From Candidatus Omnitrophota bacterium (GTDB taxonomy: Bacteria; Omnitrophota; Gorgyraeia; Zapsychrales; Fredricksoniimonadaceae): DNA of 64,000 bases. The notes beneath the pieces were generated by a model. The model saw only the letters and a program-made list of their open reading frames with translations, was not told the DNA's origin and ran no database searches. Made by a program: the position numbers and the translations under genes. Where the stretch lies: positions 100,782 through 164,781 of the forward strand of contig JAGWOI010000001.1 of NCBI GenBank assembly GCA_028870995.1. Reading direction: 5' to 3'. Positions 47,122-56,195 of the stretch are shown here, piece by piece. How positions within the stretch are numbered: the first letter of the stretch is position 1; each line of letters begins with the position of its first letter.

Positions 47122-48270
47122 ATGGCGCCTTTTAACATGCCAGAAAGTGTTTATCAGGCCTATAAAAGCGATTTCCAAAACGGGGTGGTGACGCTGGGAA
47201 ACCTCTGTAGCGCGAAATGCACTTTTTGCTCCCAATATTGGAACCCTTCGGGGGTCATTCAAAACCTGGAAAGATTGTTGACCTGGGAAGAGGTGAAGCA
47301 TTTTATAGACGAATACCTGGTCAAAGTGGGTGAAAATCCGCATGTTTCGCCTTCCATAGGTTCAGCCCTTCATGCCAATAGCGGAGAGTTTTTCCTTCAT
47401 CCGAATGCGGCCCGGATCTTGGAATATTTGAAGACCAACAATAAGCTGGAAGATAACCAGATGGTCATTTCCAACGGCATGAATTTTAGAAAAGAGCACA
47501 TTGAGCTGCTTAAAGGCCTGAAGATCGGTATTCAATTGTCCTTGTTTGCCACGGATGTCTCGGCCAGGATGGATGTCATGAAAGGCTCATTATCCCAGAA
47601 TCAAAGGGCGATAGACACCCTGGATCTCTTTGAAAGCCAGGGGATAGAGTACGGGGTGACCATTGTCCCTTATAAAAAATATTTGCGTAACGGGGTCATG
47701 GAAAAGATTTTCAGCGACTTGAAAGGCCATCACGTCAAGGAATTTGTCATGCATAAACCCGGATACACTAAATTGACCCCCGCGAACATCGTGGAAGAGT
47801 TGAATATCCCTGACCAGGAACTGCTGGATTTTGGTGCCATGATATGGGACAAATATCAGATGAACGTGCGGATCGAGGGGGTGCTTCCCGTGGAGAAGAA
47901 CGTCTCCGAATTCCTGCGCCTCAGCAAGTCTTTAGAGCCGTTGCGGAATCTGGGGAATAAATTCAAGCTCTTCTTGTGTTCCCCCAAGGCCCACAGCCTG
48001 ATCAAGCTTGTCTTAAGGAAAATGGAGATGCAGGACTATGAGCTGAAGCCCGTTGAATCACATGTATTCGGAGGGAGCGTCGATTGTGCGGGCCTTTTGA
48101 CCGTCGAAGATTATGTTATAGCCATTAATGAATATTTGACCGGCGGCGGCAAAAAGGTCGATTTTATCGTCATGTCAAAAAGAAGTTTCGACATCAATAA
48201 GGAAGACCTTAAAATGGTGTCCGTCTATAAGTTGGAGGAAATTTTCAATGCCAAGGTGCTGTTAGTTTAA
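47122..48270 (+). CDS. Radical SAM protein (non-SPASM; DUF512-like C-terminal region)
   Basis: 'VTLGNLCSAKCTFCSQ' CxxxCxxC. 382 aa. Confidence 0.7.
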   Translation: MAPFNMPESVYQAYKSDFQNGVVTLGNLCSAKCTFCSQYWNPSGVIQNLERLLTWEEVKHFIDEYLVKVGENPHVSPSIGSALHANSGEFFLHPNAARILEYLKTNNKLEDNQMVISNGMNFRKEHIELLKGLKIGIQLSLFATDVSARMDVMKGSLSQNQRAIDTLDLFESQGIEYGVTIVPYKKYLRNGVMEKIFSDLKGHHVKEFVMHKPGYTKLTPANIVEELNIPDQELLDFGAMIWDKYQMNVRIEGVLPVEKNVSEFLRLSKSLEPLRNLGNKFKLFLCSPKAHSLIKLVLRKMEMQDYELKPVESHVFGGSVDCAGLLTVEDYVIAINEYLTGGGKKVDFIVMSKRSFDINKEDLKMVSVYKLEEIFNAKVLLV

Positions 48271-48275
48271 AACTT

Positions 48276-49937
48276 ATGAAAACCCCGATGCGTTTAAAAA
48301 TAATAAAATCGCCCCGTTTCAAAGGGGAGACGGATTATCTCCCGCCGCTGGCCATTTCCCAAATATATTCATTCCTGAAAAATAAGGGTTTTGAAATCTC
48401 CCAGGAGGATTTAAACCAGAGGGAAGTCCCCTCCAAAAAAGATATATTCGGGTCTACCTACAAAAAGAGGCTGAAAAACATATTTTCCAGGGAGTTTTCC
48501 GCTTATTTAACGACGGGTAAGGATGATCATTATGAAGCGATCGCCTCCCAATATTTGTCATCCGGGGAAATGGACTCGATCGATATCCTGCTGGTTTCGA
48601 TCTGCTATTCCGATTTTTGTTCTTCCATGGCGGCCCTGTTGATAGCCAGGTATTTTAAGTCCAAGAATAGAAATAAGCTGGTCATCATGGGCGGGGAGTC
48701 CATAGAGAAGTCTTATATTTATGAGGGTTTTGAAAAATACAACACCTTGGGCATTGTGGATTATTATATCCTCGGCCCCGGCGAAGAATCCTTGCTGATG
48801 CTCCTGAAAAGAATACAAGGGGAGGCCCTCGACCCTAAAAAGATCCCGGGCCTGTGTTACAGGCAGGACGGCCAGGTCTTTAAAAATGACCCCATCCGGG
48901 ACGCAGCCCTCGTGCCCCCTGACTTTACGGGCTTATCGTTGAAGAAATACAGCTGGGACCAGTCGGAGATTTTTCACAGCATGTCTCCCAAACTTTTCCC
49001 CCGGCGCGAGATCCTGGTGCTTCCATTCCGGATGATCGACGGCTGTCCTTACCGCTGCGCGTTTTGCGCGTCCCCGGACATGTCGCAGGCCAGGACCTCC
49101 TCGGTCGATCCGCAGGAGGCGGTCAGCGTGTTGAAAAGATTGACGGCCGAACACAACGCCAAATATTTTATGTTCCTGCATGACACCCTTAATTTTTCCA
49201 AGGCCTTCATCAATCATTTTTGTGACGAGCTGATCAAGGCGGATTTGGACATACGGTGGTCGGACAGCTTAAGCCCCTTGGCGGTGGACGGCCCCGAGGT
49301 GTTGAATAAAATGTACCGGGCCGGCGCCCGCCGGGTGTTTTTCGGCCTGGAATCGGCCAGCACCAAGCTGCAGGCGTATACCGGGAAGAATGTTAATCCG
49401 GCTAGAGCGGCGCAAATCGTGAAATGGGCGCATGAAGCGGGGCTCTGGACCGGCGTTCAGGTCATCGCCGGATTTCCTCACGAGACAAAAGAAGACATAC
49501 AATCCACCGTGGATTTCATTATAGACTGCGCGCCTTATCTGGATGTTGTCAAGCTGCAGAAGTTCTATCTGCGCCGCTATACCTATATGCATTCCGATGC
49601 CAAGAAATACGGCATCACTAACATCAGGGAGTACGATGATCTGCCGGAATTGGTGGTCCGGCAAAGGGGCCAGAACAGATACCGCTTTGATGAAATCGGC
49701 GGGCTTGAGTGGAATCAGAAGGAAAAACAGATTGAACGTTCCTACCGCACATTCGACCGGCTCATCACAGAATATAGACTAAAATCGTACAGCCCCAGGG
49801 ATGAACTGAATATTCTTTTTTACCTGTATGAATGTCTGGAGGATAAAAAGAGGATCAAATCCGCATTTGACATATACCAGGCCGAACTTAAGAAAGTCAA
49901 TAAACTGAGCCTGGACCTGCAGGACCTGGATGAGTAG
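48276..49937 (+). CDS. Cobalamin-binding (class B) radical SAM protein
   Basis: N-terminal B12-binding-like domain and 'IDGCPYRCAFCASPD'. 553 aa. Confidence 0.8.
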   Translation: MKTPMRLKIIKSPRFKGETDYLPPLAISQIYSFLKNKGFEISQEDLNQREVPSKKDIFGSTYKKRLKNIFSREFSAYLTTGKDDHYEAIASQYLSSGEMDSIDILLVSICYSDFCSSMAALLIARYFKSKNRNKLVIMGGESIEKSYIYEGFEKYNTLGIVDYYILGPGEESLLMLLKRIQGEALDPKKIPGLCYRQDGQVFKNDPIRDAALVPPDFTGLSLKKYSWDQSEIFHSMSPKLFPRREILVLPFRMIDGCPYRCAFCASPDMSQARTSSVDPQEAVSVLKRLTAEHNAKYFMFLHDTLNFSKAFINHFCDELIKADLDIRWSDSLSPLAVDGPEVLNKMYRAGARRVFFGLESASTKLQAYTGKNVNPARAAQIVKWAHEAGLWTGVQVIAGFPHETKEDIQSTVDFIIDCAPYLDVVKLQKFYLRRYTYMHSDAKKYGITNIREYDDLPELVVRQRGQNRYRFDEIGGLEWNQKEKQIERSYRTFDRLITEYRLKSYSPRDELNILFYLYECLEDKKRIKSAFDIYQAELKKVNKLSLDLQDLDE

Positions 49938-49942
49938 CCTCC

Positions 49943-51184
49943 ATGAAAAGAATCATTATTTATTACTCACACAGGCAGACGCTGGGGCATCAGAGCCGTG
50001 TGGCCAACATCGTCGCAAGCCTTCATACAAACTATAAGAAAAAAGTTAAAGTTTTCCTCTTTAATGCCGGCTTGCCGGAAGAGTTCATTCAATTCCCGCC
50101 GGGGACGGTGTGCATCAACATCCCGTTCCCTTTTCACAGCAAACAGGATTTCAGGGTTGACCGCAAGAATTTCTCCCGTGGAGACGTCAGTTCCCGCTCC
50201 CAGTTTATGCTGAAACAAATTGAAAAGATAAGGCCGGATGTTTTTATCACGGAATTTTTTCCATTCGGAAGGCCGGACCTGATTGAAGAGATATTCCCTG
50301 TTTTGCGTCTTGTGCATTCCCGGGGAGCCAAAATTATAAGCAGCCTCGGGTATCCGTATATAAACCCTTTCTTTTTTAAAACGGAAAGCCGGAAAATCTA
50401 CACCTTGCTTGCCAAATTTTATGAAACCATCCTGGTCCATACGCCTGACGGGCTTGAGGAAGCTTATGCCCTGAAGTCTTTGGGGGATGCCCAAAACGAG
50501 CATCCAAAGGGCGGCTTGACTAAATCGTATACCGATGCCTTCTCCGTGGTGAAAGACAAGATCGTTCATACAGGCTATATCGTTCCCGCAGGGATAAAGA
50601 ACGTGTCCCGGCCGGTTTTGGTGAATAAGATAAAATCCCGGGAGAGGATTTTTGTTCTGGTCAGCCGGGGCGGCGGAGTTATTTATCCGAAACTTCTGAC
50701 GAGCGCCATCCAGGCCAAAAGGATTTTGGGGGACAAGTTTGTTTTTTTGATCGTGCCGGGGCCCTCTTCCACCGGCGCGGAAATGGCGCTCTTTCGTTCG
50801 TTGATCGATAAGGCCGGCCCTGAGGGGATCGAGATGCGGCCTTATGTCCCGGATCTGTTCAAATATATCCGCTTTTGCGATGTTTCTATAAGCATGTGCG
50901 GCTATAACACCTCTGCTGAATTATTATTTTTTCGCACGAAAAGCATTGTTGTGCCCTGGAGGCTCTGGGAAAATCAGGATAACTCGTACTATAATGACCA
51001 GTTGACCCGGTCCTATCTCTTAAAAGAATACCTGGGTTCCGGGGTGGTCCAATACAACTCCATTTCCGCAAAGGCGCTCGCCGACGGTGTACAAGAGCAG
51101 ATGGCCAAGGACCCGCCCAAAGAGATCCTTAAGGCATCGGATTTTGAAGGGGCTTATTTTACGGCCGCAAGGATCATGAGCTGA
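49943..51184 (+). CDS. GT-B fold glycosyltransferase (GT1/GT28-like), paralog B
   Basis: 'IIYYSHRQTLGHQSRVANIVASL' N-terminus parallels paralog A. Confidence 0.55.
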   Translation: MKRIIIYYSHRQTLGHQSRVANIVASLHTNYKKKVKVFLFNAGLPEEFIQFPPGTVCINIPFPFHSKQDFRVDRKNFSRGDVSSRSQFMLKQIEKIRPDVFITEFFPFGRPDLIEEIFPVLRLVHSRGAKIISSLGYPYINPFFFKTESRKIYTLLAKFYETILVHTPDGLEEAYALKSLGDAQNEHPKGGLTKSYTDAFSVVKDKIVHTGYIVPAGIKNVSRPVLVNKIKSRERIFVLVSRGGGVIYPKLLTSAIQAKRILGDKFVFLIVPGPSSTGAEMALFRSLIDKAGPEGIEMRPYVPDLFKYIRFCDVSISMCGYNTSAELLFFRTKSIVVPWRLWENQDNSYYNDQLTRSYLLKEYLGSGVVQYNSISAKALADGVQEQMAKDPPKEILKASDFEGAYFTAARIMS

Positions 51185-52178
51185 CGGAAGCTTTGGACAG
51201 GGCTTTTCGGGCCATCGCCGGGTCGAACAGAGGGTCCGCCGCCAACGGGGTGCCGTGGGCGCGCAAGGCCATGGAACGGCTGCCTCCCCGGCAGGTGTCA
51301 AGCACGGGGCAGCGCCGGCACAATTCCGGCAGATAGCCGGTCCCGGAGAGCTCCTTAAGGAACGGGTGTTCCCACGCCTCGCGGATGCTGCGTCCTAAAT
51401 TTGTTTCCAAGAAATAATTTGGTTTAAAGAATCCCCTGGCGCTGCGCACGAGGCGCAAGTGCCCTTCGTCCAGCCTGGCCCCCAGAAAGACCTTTTTGCC
51501 GATCTGAAGATCGCCCGCCACGCATAAGGGGGTCGGGTTGGAAACAAAAGCATTGATCCGGTCCCTGCGGATCTTCATGATCTCAAGGGCCAGCTTGCGG
51601 AAAAACAGGGGGTTCATTTCCTTTAAGGCCTCAACCGAATCGCTGATCGGACGCTGCAGAAGCCACGCCGCAGGGTTGATCTTCTTGATGAGCGGAATAA
51701 AGGGCGTCAGTGAACGCTCGGAGTCGGAAGTGATGACCGTCGCCGTCCACAGGACCGGCAAGTAGGCCTTTAAAAGAAAGATATTCTTCATTTTATCAAG
51801 GAAAGAGACCTTGGAACCGGTATAGGCGGTGTTGGCCTTCTCATCGTACCCCTGCAGCGAAACATGCGCCACATCGACGGTGGCGATAATGGTTTTCATG
51901 GCGGCAGGGCTGATGTTGTCGGCAGAGGTGTTAAGGATAATGGCCAGTTTCCTGGCTTTGGCATAGGACAAGATGGGGCGAAAATCCGGATGGAGGGTAG
52001 GTTCCCCGCCGGTGATACGGACGGCCTTTACCCCGAGACCGGCGGCCTCGTCTAGGGTGGCTTTAATATCTTTGAACGGCACGTCAGGGATCCGCGGACC
52101 GGTGCAGTAGGTGCAGACCTGCCGGCAGCGGCCGGTGATTTCAATGATGATCTCTGAGGGCAAAGATGGTCGTTTCAT
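51174..52178 (-). CDS. Radical SAM protein with C-terminal twitch/SPASM-like Cys cluster, co-transcribed downstream of the Cys-rich pilin-like gene
   Basis: 'ITGRCRQVCTYCTGP' and 'TGGEPTLHP'. C-terminal 'PLCVAGD...CRRCPVLDTCRGG'. There is a 21-nt gap to the upstream pilin-like gene. Confidence 0.75.
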   Translation of the reverse strand: MKRPSLPSEIIIEITGRCRQVCTYCTGPRIPDVPFKDIKATLDEAAGLGVKAVRITGGEPTLHPDFRPILSYAKARKLAIILNTSADNISPAAMKTIIATVDVAHVSLQGYDEKANTAYTGSKVSFLDKMKNIFLLKAYLPVLWTATVITSDSERSLTPFIPLIKKINPAAWLLQRPISDSVEALKEMNPLFFRKLALEIMKIRRDRINAFVSNPTPLCVAGDLQIGKKVFLGARLDEGHLRLVRSARGFFKPNYFLETNLGRSIREAWEHPFLKELSGTGYLPELCRRCPVLDTCRGGSRSMALRAHGTPLAADPLFDPAMARKALSKASVSS

Positions 52179-52199
52179 GGCATCAGGGCAGGGTGGCCT

Positions 52200-53444
52200 T
52201 TAACAATTATTTCCGGTGCACCCGTAGTCTATAGAGATGGAACACAGTTGGGAAGGCAGGCCTATTGCACCGCATCCTCCATTGGTGGGGGACAGGGCAG
52301 GGTTATGATAGGTGTTGGAAGCCGTGTTTCCTGCCGGGAGTGCGTACGCCGATTTAACAGAGGTGGCTGTGCTGGTAGTATTAAGGCAAATTTGAAAACT
52401 TTGATTGTTAACGGTGACCCAGCGGGAGCCGTAATTGTACCAGTGACAGCTGTCTGAAGCAAGCTTGGTGGGGTTGCTGCTGTTGGTTGACGGGTCACAG
52501 GACGGGTCAAAAGCGTCCGGCCCGTTGCAGCAGGAGGCGGCCACGTTGAAATCCAGGGAGCAGGTGGCCTGGGTGCGGTCCGGCGGATTGGGCGGTGTCA
52601 GTGTATAAGGAGGATTGCAATATAGCTCGCATTTAGAGTTGCCGCCGCAGCTGGATTGAGGGGTGTCACAGCTGGATGAACTGTCCACGTAACAATACGG
52701 TGTGTCTTGTTTCAAGCCGGCGGTGGGGACCGTATCGCAAAATGTGGCTGCATTTTGGAAAAGGACAAACCCGGTGCATTTGGGCAGAGGGCAACTGCCG
52801 TCTAGAATACAAAACTGAGAGCTGTTGGAACCGCAGGCATAGCCGTATATTTGCTGGCCGTAATAACAGGAGCTGGTTGTGCCGGTGGCTTGAGGCGGAC
52901 AGCAGGTGGTGTTTGGATTATTGTATATGGAGTTTGGATCGCTGGTGGTCGGGCAATAGCTGTGTGCGGCAGGGCCGCTGCCTGCAGGACAATAGCAAGG
53001 GCCGCTGATACCCGCAGGCAATGAAGGGCATGTGAACGCGTGGCCCTGGTTGGGCAGCGGAGCGCTTCCGCACCCCAAGGGTTGAGGCGTGTTGCAGCAG
53101 CTTTCGTCCAGGACGCAGGTTTCCGCCCCGGCGGAGCCGTTACAGCCGGGGAGATTGCAGTTAAAGTGGTATTCGCGCTGATTGGCCGCGCACAGCGAGC
53201 CGTTTTGGTTGGTCCCGCAGGACCCTGCTTCCGAGGTGCAATGGCAATTCAAAGGGATATCCGGGACGTTGTTGACGGGCGCCTGGTTGATGATTTCTTC
53301 GGCGGATTCCCTGACGCTTACGTCCCACAGCCTGAAATGCGCATTGACGGAACGAAGCACATAACTGCCCATGAATACAATCCCCAAAATCACGAGGATG
53401 GCAATTAAGATATACTCAATGATGGACTGTCCGCGTTTATGCAT
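52200..53444 (-). CDS. Cys-rich (about 37 Cys) type IV pilin-like protein with class III (prepilin) signal peptide
   Basis: N-terminus 'MHKRGQSIIEYILIAILVILGIVFMGSY' has Gly at -1, Glu at +5 and a hydrophobic helix. The remaining ~380 aa is Cys/Pro/Thr/Ser/Asn/Gly-rich low-complexity sequence ending in a Cys. Divergent from pilM. Confidence 0.6.
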   Translation of the reverse strand: MHKRGQSIIEYILIAILVILGIVFMGSYVLRSVNAHFRLWDVSVRESAEEIINQAPVNNVPDIPLNCHCTSEAGSCGTNQNGSLCAANQREYHFNCNLPGCNGSAGAETCVLDESCCNTPQPLGCGSAPLPNQGHAFTCPSLPAGISGPCYCPAGSGPAAHSYCPTTSDPNSIYNNPNTTCCPPQATGTTSSCYYGQQIYGYACGSNSSQFCILDGSCPLPKCTGFVLFQNAATFCDTVPTAGLKQDTPYCYVDSSSSCDTPQSSCGGNSKCELYCNPPYTLTPPNPPDRTQATCSLDFNVAASCCNGPDAFDPSCDPSTNSSNPTKLASDSCHWYNYGSRWVTVNNQSFQICLNTTSTATSVKSAYALPAGNTASNTYHNPALSPTNGGCGAIGLPSQLCSISIDYGCTGNNC

Positions 53445-53578
53445 GAATTTTCTTGGGTCTATAGTGAAAGTATAACCGAAACAGCAAACCGGCGCAAGGT
53501 ACTTTAAAGTATCTTAATAGAGGCATTTGTTTAAAAAATTTTGAATAATACTAACGTCCTTAGGGCTAATCTGGTAAA

Positions 53579-54634
53579 ATGCATACCATGGATTTTAAGA
53601 AGTTGTTTGAGCAATACCTCCAATTCGTCAATCGCATAATCCCCAAACCGCCCGTCCTGCCCGTTATCGGTATTGATATCGGCACCACCGCGGTCAAGGC
53701 TGTGGAATTGGGGCCTGCCGCCGAGGGCCTTCAAGTGCGCCACTGGGCCGTGGAGCCTTTGGCCGGGGGCGACCTCAAATCCGCCTTGAAAAAGTTAAGC
53801 GAGCGCCTGCATTTCACCAACCAGGTGCTGGTTTCCTCGGTGTTCGGCAAGGGGACCCTGATGCGTTTTGTCGACCTGCCCCGCATGTCCCTCGAGGATC
53901 TGAAAAAATCCTATATTTATGAATTGGACAAGTATTTTCCTTTTGACCCCAAAACCATTTACACGGATTGCGCCATTCTGGACCCCGAGGGCAAGGACAA
54001 GAAGATGCAGGTGCTGCTGGCCGCCGTCAAGAAGGAGATGGTGGACGAGCGCTTGAAATTGTTCAAAGAAGCCGGGTTGGAGTTAAACCGCGTCATGCTC
54101 AATCCCGTGGCCGCGGCCAATGCCTTCAGCCGCCTGGGGCCGGCCGCCGGCGCTGCGGGGAAGGCCAAGGCCCTGCTGGACATCGGGGGATCGGCCTCCA
54201 GCCTGATGATCTTAAAGGAGGGGTCCTTACGTTTTACCAGGGACATCTTTATTGGCAGCCAGCAGTTGACCCAGAAGATCGCCGGCGCCTTTAATGTCGA
54301 TGCCGCCGCGGCCGAGGCGCTCAAGCGCGATCCCGGCGACAAACTAGCCCAGATCATGGAGGCCTGCGACGTGCCGGTCAATAATTTGATCGGCGAGGTG
54401 CGCCTGTCCATCGATTATTTTACCACCGAGAGGCATGCCCAGGTCGACGAAATCTTCTTGATCGGGGGCGGGTCTTCCTTAAAAGGCTTCGAGGGCGTGT
54501 TCGAAAAGGGTTTGGGGATGCCTGTCAAGATCTGGCAGCCTCTGGGTTCGCTGCGCGTTGATCCCGCCCTGGGCGGGGACATTCAAACTCATGCCGTCCA
54601 GCTGGGGGTGGCGGTGGGATTAGGATTGCTCTAA
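53579..54634 (+). CDS. pilM: Type IV pilus assembly protein PilM
   Basis: 'VIGIDIGTTAVKAVEL' actin-like ATPase N-terminus. 351 aa. Confidence 0.8.
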   Translation: MHTMDFKKLFEQYLQFVNRIIPKPPVLPVIGIDIGTTAVKAVELGPAAEGLQVRHWAVEPLAGGDLKSALKKLSERLHFTNQVLVSSVFGKGTLMRFVDLPRMSLEDLKKSYIYELDKYFPFDPKTIYTDCAILDPEGKDKKMQVLLAAVKKEMVDERLKLFKEAGLELNRVMLNPVAAANAFSRLGPAAGAAGKAKALLDIGGSASSLMILKEGSLRFTRDIFIGSQQLTQKIAGAFNVDAAAAEALKRDPGDKLAQIMEACDVPVNNLIGEVRLSIDYFTTERHAQVDEIFLIGGGSSLKGFEGVFEKGLGMPVKIWQPLGSLRVDPALGGDIQTHAVQLGVAVGLGLL

Positions 54635-55246
54635 ATGATCGACATTAATTTGATCCCGGAAAATTTAAGAAAAGGCGGCAAGGCCAAGGCGGACGGGGTG
54701 ACCATCAATATCCCCCGCGAGATCATCTTCGGCGTCGGCGGCGGGCTGATCGTCCTTTTGCTGGCCATTCATTTGATCTTGGGCGCGGTGTGGCTCATGG
54801 CCATGGGCCGGCTGTCCTTTTATAATGCCCAGTGGCAGAAGATCCAGCCGGACAAGGCTGCCCTGGATGCCATCCATAAGGAATCAGGGGATTTGAAGAA
54901 CAAGATCAAGACGATCGCGGATGTGACCACCAATGAAACGGTCCTTTGGGCGCCCAAGTTTAACGCGATCAGCGACGCATTGCCCGGCGGGACGTGGATC
55001 AAGAAGATGACCCTGGACAAGACCGGATTGACCATCGAAGGCGGCGTTGTTTCCAAGACCCGCAACGAGATCAATAATGTGGGGGCCTTCGTCGCTGCTC
55101 TGAAGAAAAGCGATGATTTCATGAAGGGGTTCGTGTCCCTGGAGATCAACTCCATCCAGGGCAGCAGGAGTAATTCCGTGCAGGTCACGGATTTCTCCAT
55201 TGTGGCGAAATTGCCGAATACTGAAGCTGGGAAAAAACGGAAATGA
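54635..55246 (+). CDS. pilN: Type IV pilus assembly protein PilN
   Basis: 'MIDINLIPENLR' (INLLP-type) N-terminus and a single TM helix. Confidence 0.65.
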   Translation: MIDINLIPENLRKGGKAKADGVTINIPREIIFGVGGGLIVLLLAIHLILGAVWLMAMGRLSFYNAQWQKIQPDKAALDAIHKESGDLKNKIKTIADVTTNETVLWAPKFNAISDALPGGTWIKKMTLDKTGLTIEGGVVSKTRNEINNVGAFVAALKKSDDFMKGFVSLEINSIQGSRSNSVQVTDFSIVAKLPNTEAGKKRK

Positions 55247-55851
55247 AAAAGGTCATCGATGCTTTCAATAAATTAAGCGAGCAGTCCCGTTACGGGGTGG
55301 TGATCTTTATCGTCATCCTGATCGTGCTGTTGGATGTGGTCTTTCTGGCGCTGCCTCAACTGGGCAGCATCGGGGCGGCCAACAACAAGATCAGGGACAT
55401 GGGCGAAAATACCAGGCAGATCATGACCGACAAGGCCAGGATCGGCTCCTTGAAGAAAAATCTCGAGGAGACCCGGCTGCAGTTTACCTCTTTAAGCAAC
55501 AAGGTGCGCGCCCTCCAGGAGGTGCCTGCCATCCTCACGACCATTTCAAGCGTTGCCAATCAATACGGCGTCCAGATCGACCAGCTGGTCCCCGACCAAT
55601 CCGGGCAGCAGGCCCTGACCAAGACCCCGGAGGCCCAGTATTATGCCCTGCCTGTGACCATCAAGGCCAGGGGCGGGTACCACAATTTCGGCCGCTTCAT
55701 CAATAAGCTTGAAAACAGCGAGCTGTTCTTTATCATGAAGGATTTCATCATTCAGAATGAGGCAGCCAATCCCAACAGGCATGTGTTTTCTTTGACCATT
55801 AACCTTATTTTGGCGGACCGCACCGGAGGGGCCAGGACCAAAAACCTATGA
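55243..55851 (+). CDS. pilO: Type IV pilus assembly protein PilO-like
   Basis: Single N-terminal TM helix with a coiled-coil and periplasmic domain. Positioned between pilN and pilP/Q. Confidence 0.5.
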   Translation: MKKVIDAFNKLSEQSRYGVVIFIVILIVLLDVVFLALPQLGSIGAANNKIRDMGENTRQIMTDKARIGSLKKNLEETRLQFTSLSNKVRALQEVPAILTTISSVANQYGVQIDQLVPDQSGQQALTKTPEAQYYALPVTIKARGGYHNFGRFINKLENSELFFIMKDFIIQNEAANPNRHVFSLTINLILADRTGGARTKNL

Positions 55852-56192
55852 GACGGCTTATTTTGGGGCTGATACTTTTATCAGTAAATTCAGTTTATGC
55901 CTACGCCGATTTCGTGTATGATGATCACGGAAAGCGAGATCCATTTGTGCCGTTGGTTTCTTCTGCGGGCATGATCGTCACCTATGATGAGGACCTGGCG
56001 GTCAATGACCTGGTCCTGGAGGGCATCGTGACCGATCCCTCGGGGGACAACATGGCCATCGTCAACGGCAAGATCGTCAAGGCTAATGACACGATCGGCC
56101 CTTATCATGTGGAAAAAATCGCTTTCGACCATGTGGAGTTCCTGAAGGGAACGGAGAAGTTCATCTTAAAAATCAAAAACGGAGGCATGTAA
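55848..56192 (+). CDS. pilP: PilP-like pilot lipoprotein
   Basis: Signal peptide and an 'KRDPF' motif (PilP R-N/D-P-F signature). Confidence 0.5.
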   Translation: MRRLILGLILLSVNSVYAYADFVYDDHGKRDPFVPLVSSAGMIVTYDEDLAVNDLVLEGIVTDPSGDNMAIVNGKIVKANDTIGPYHVEKIAFDHVEFLKGTEKFILKIKNGGM

Positions 56193-56195
56193 ATA

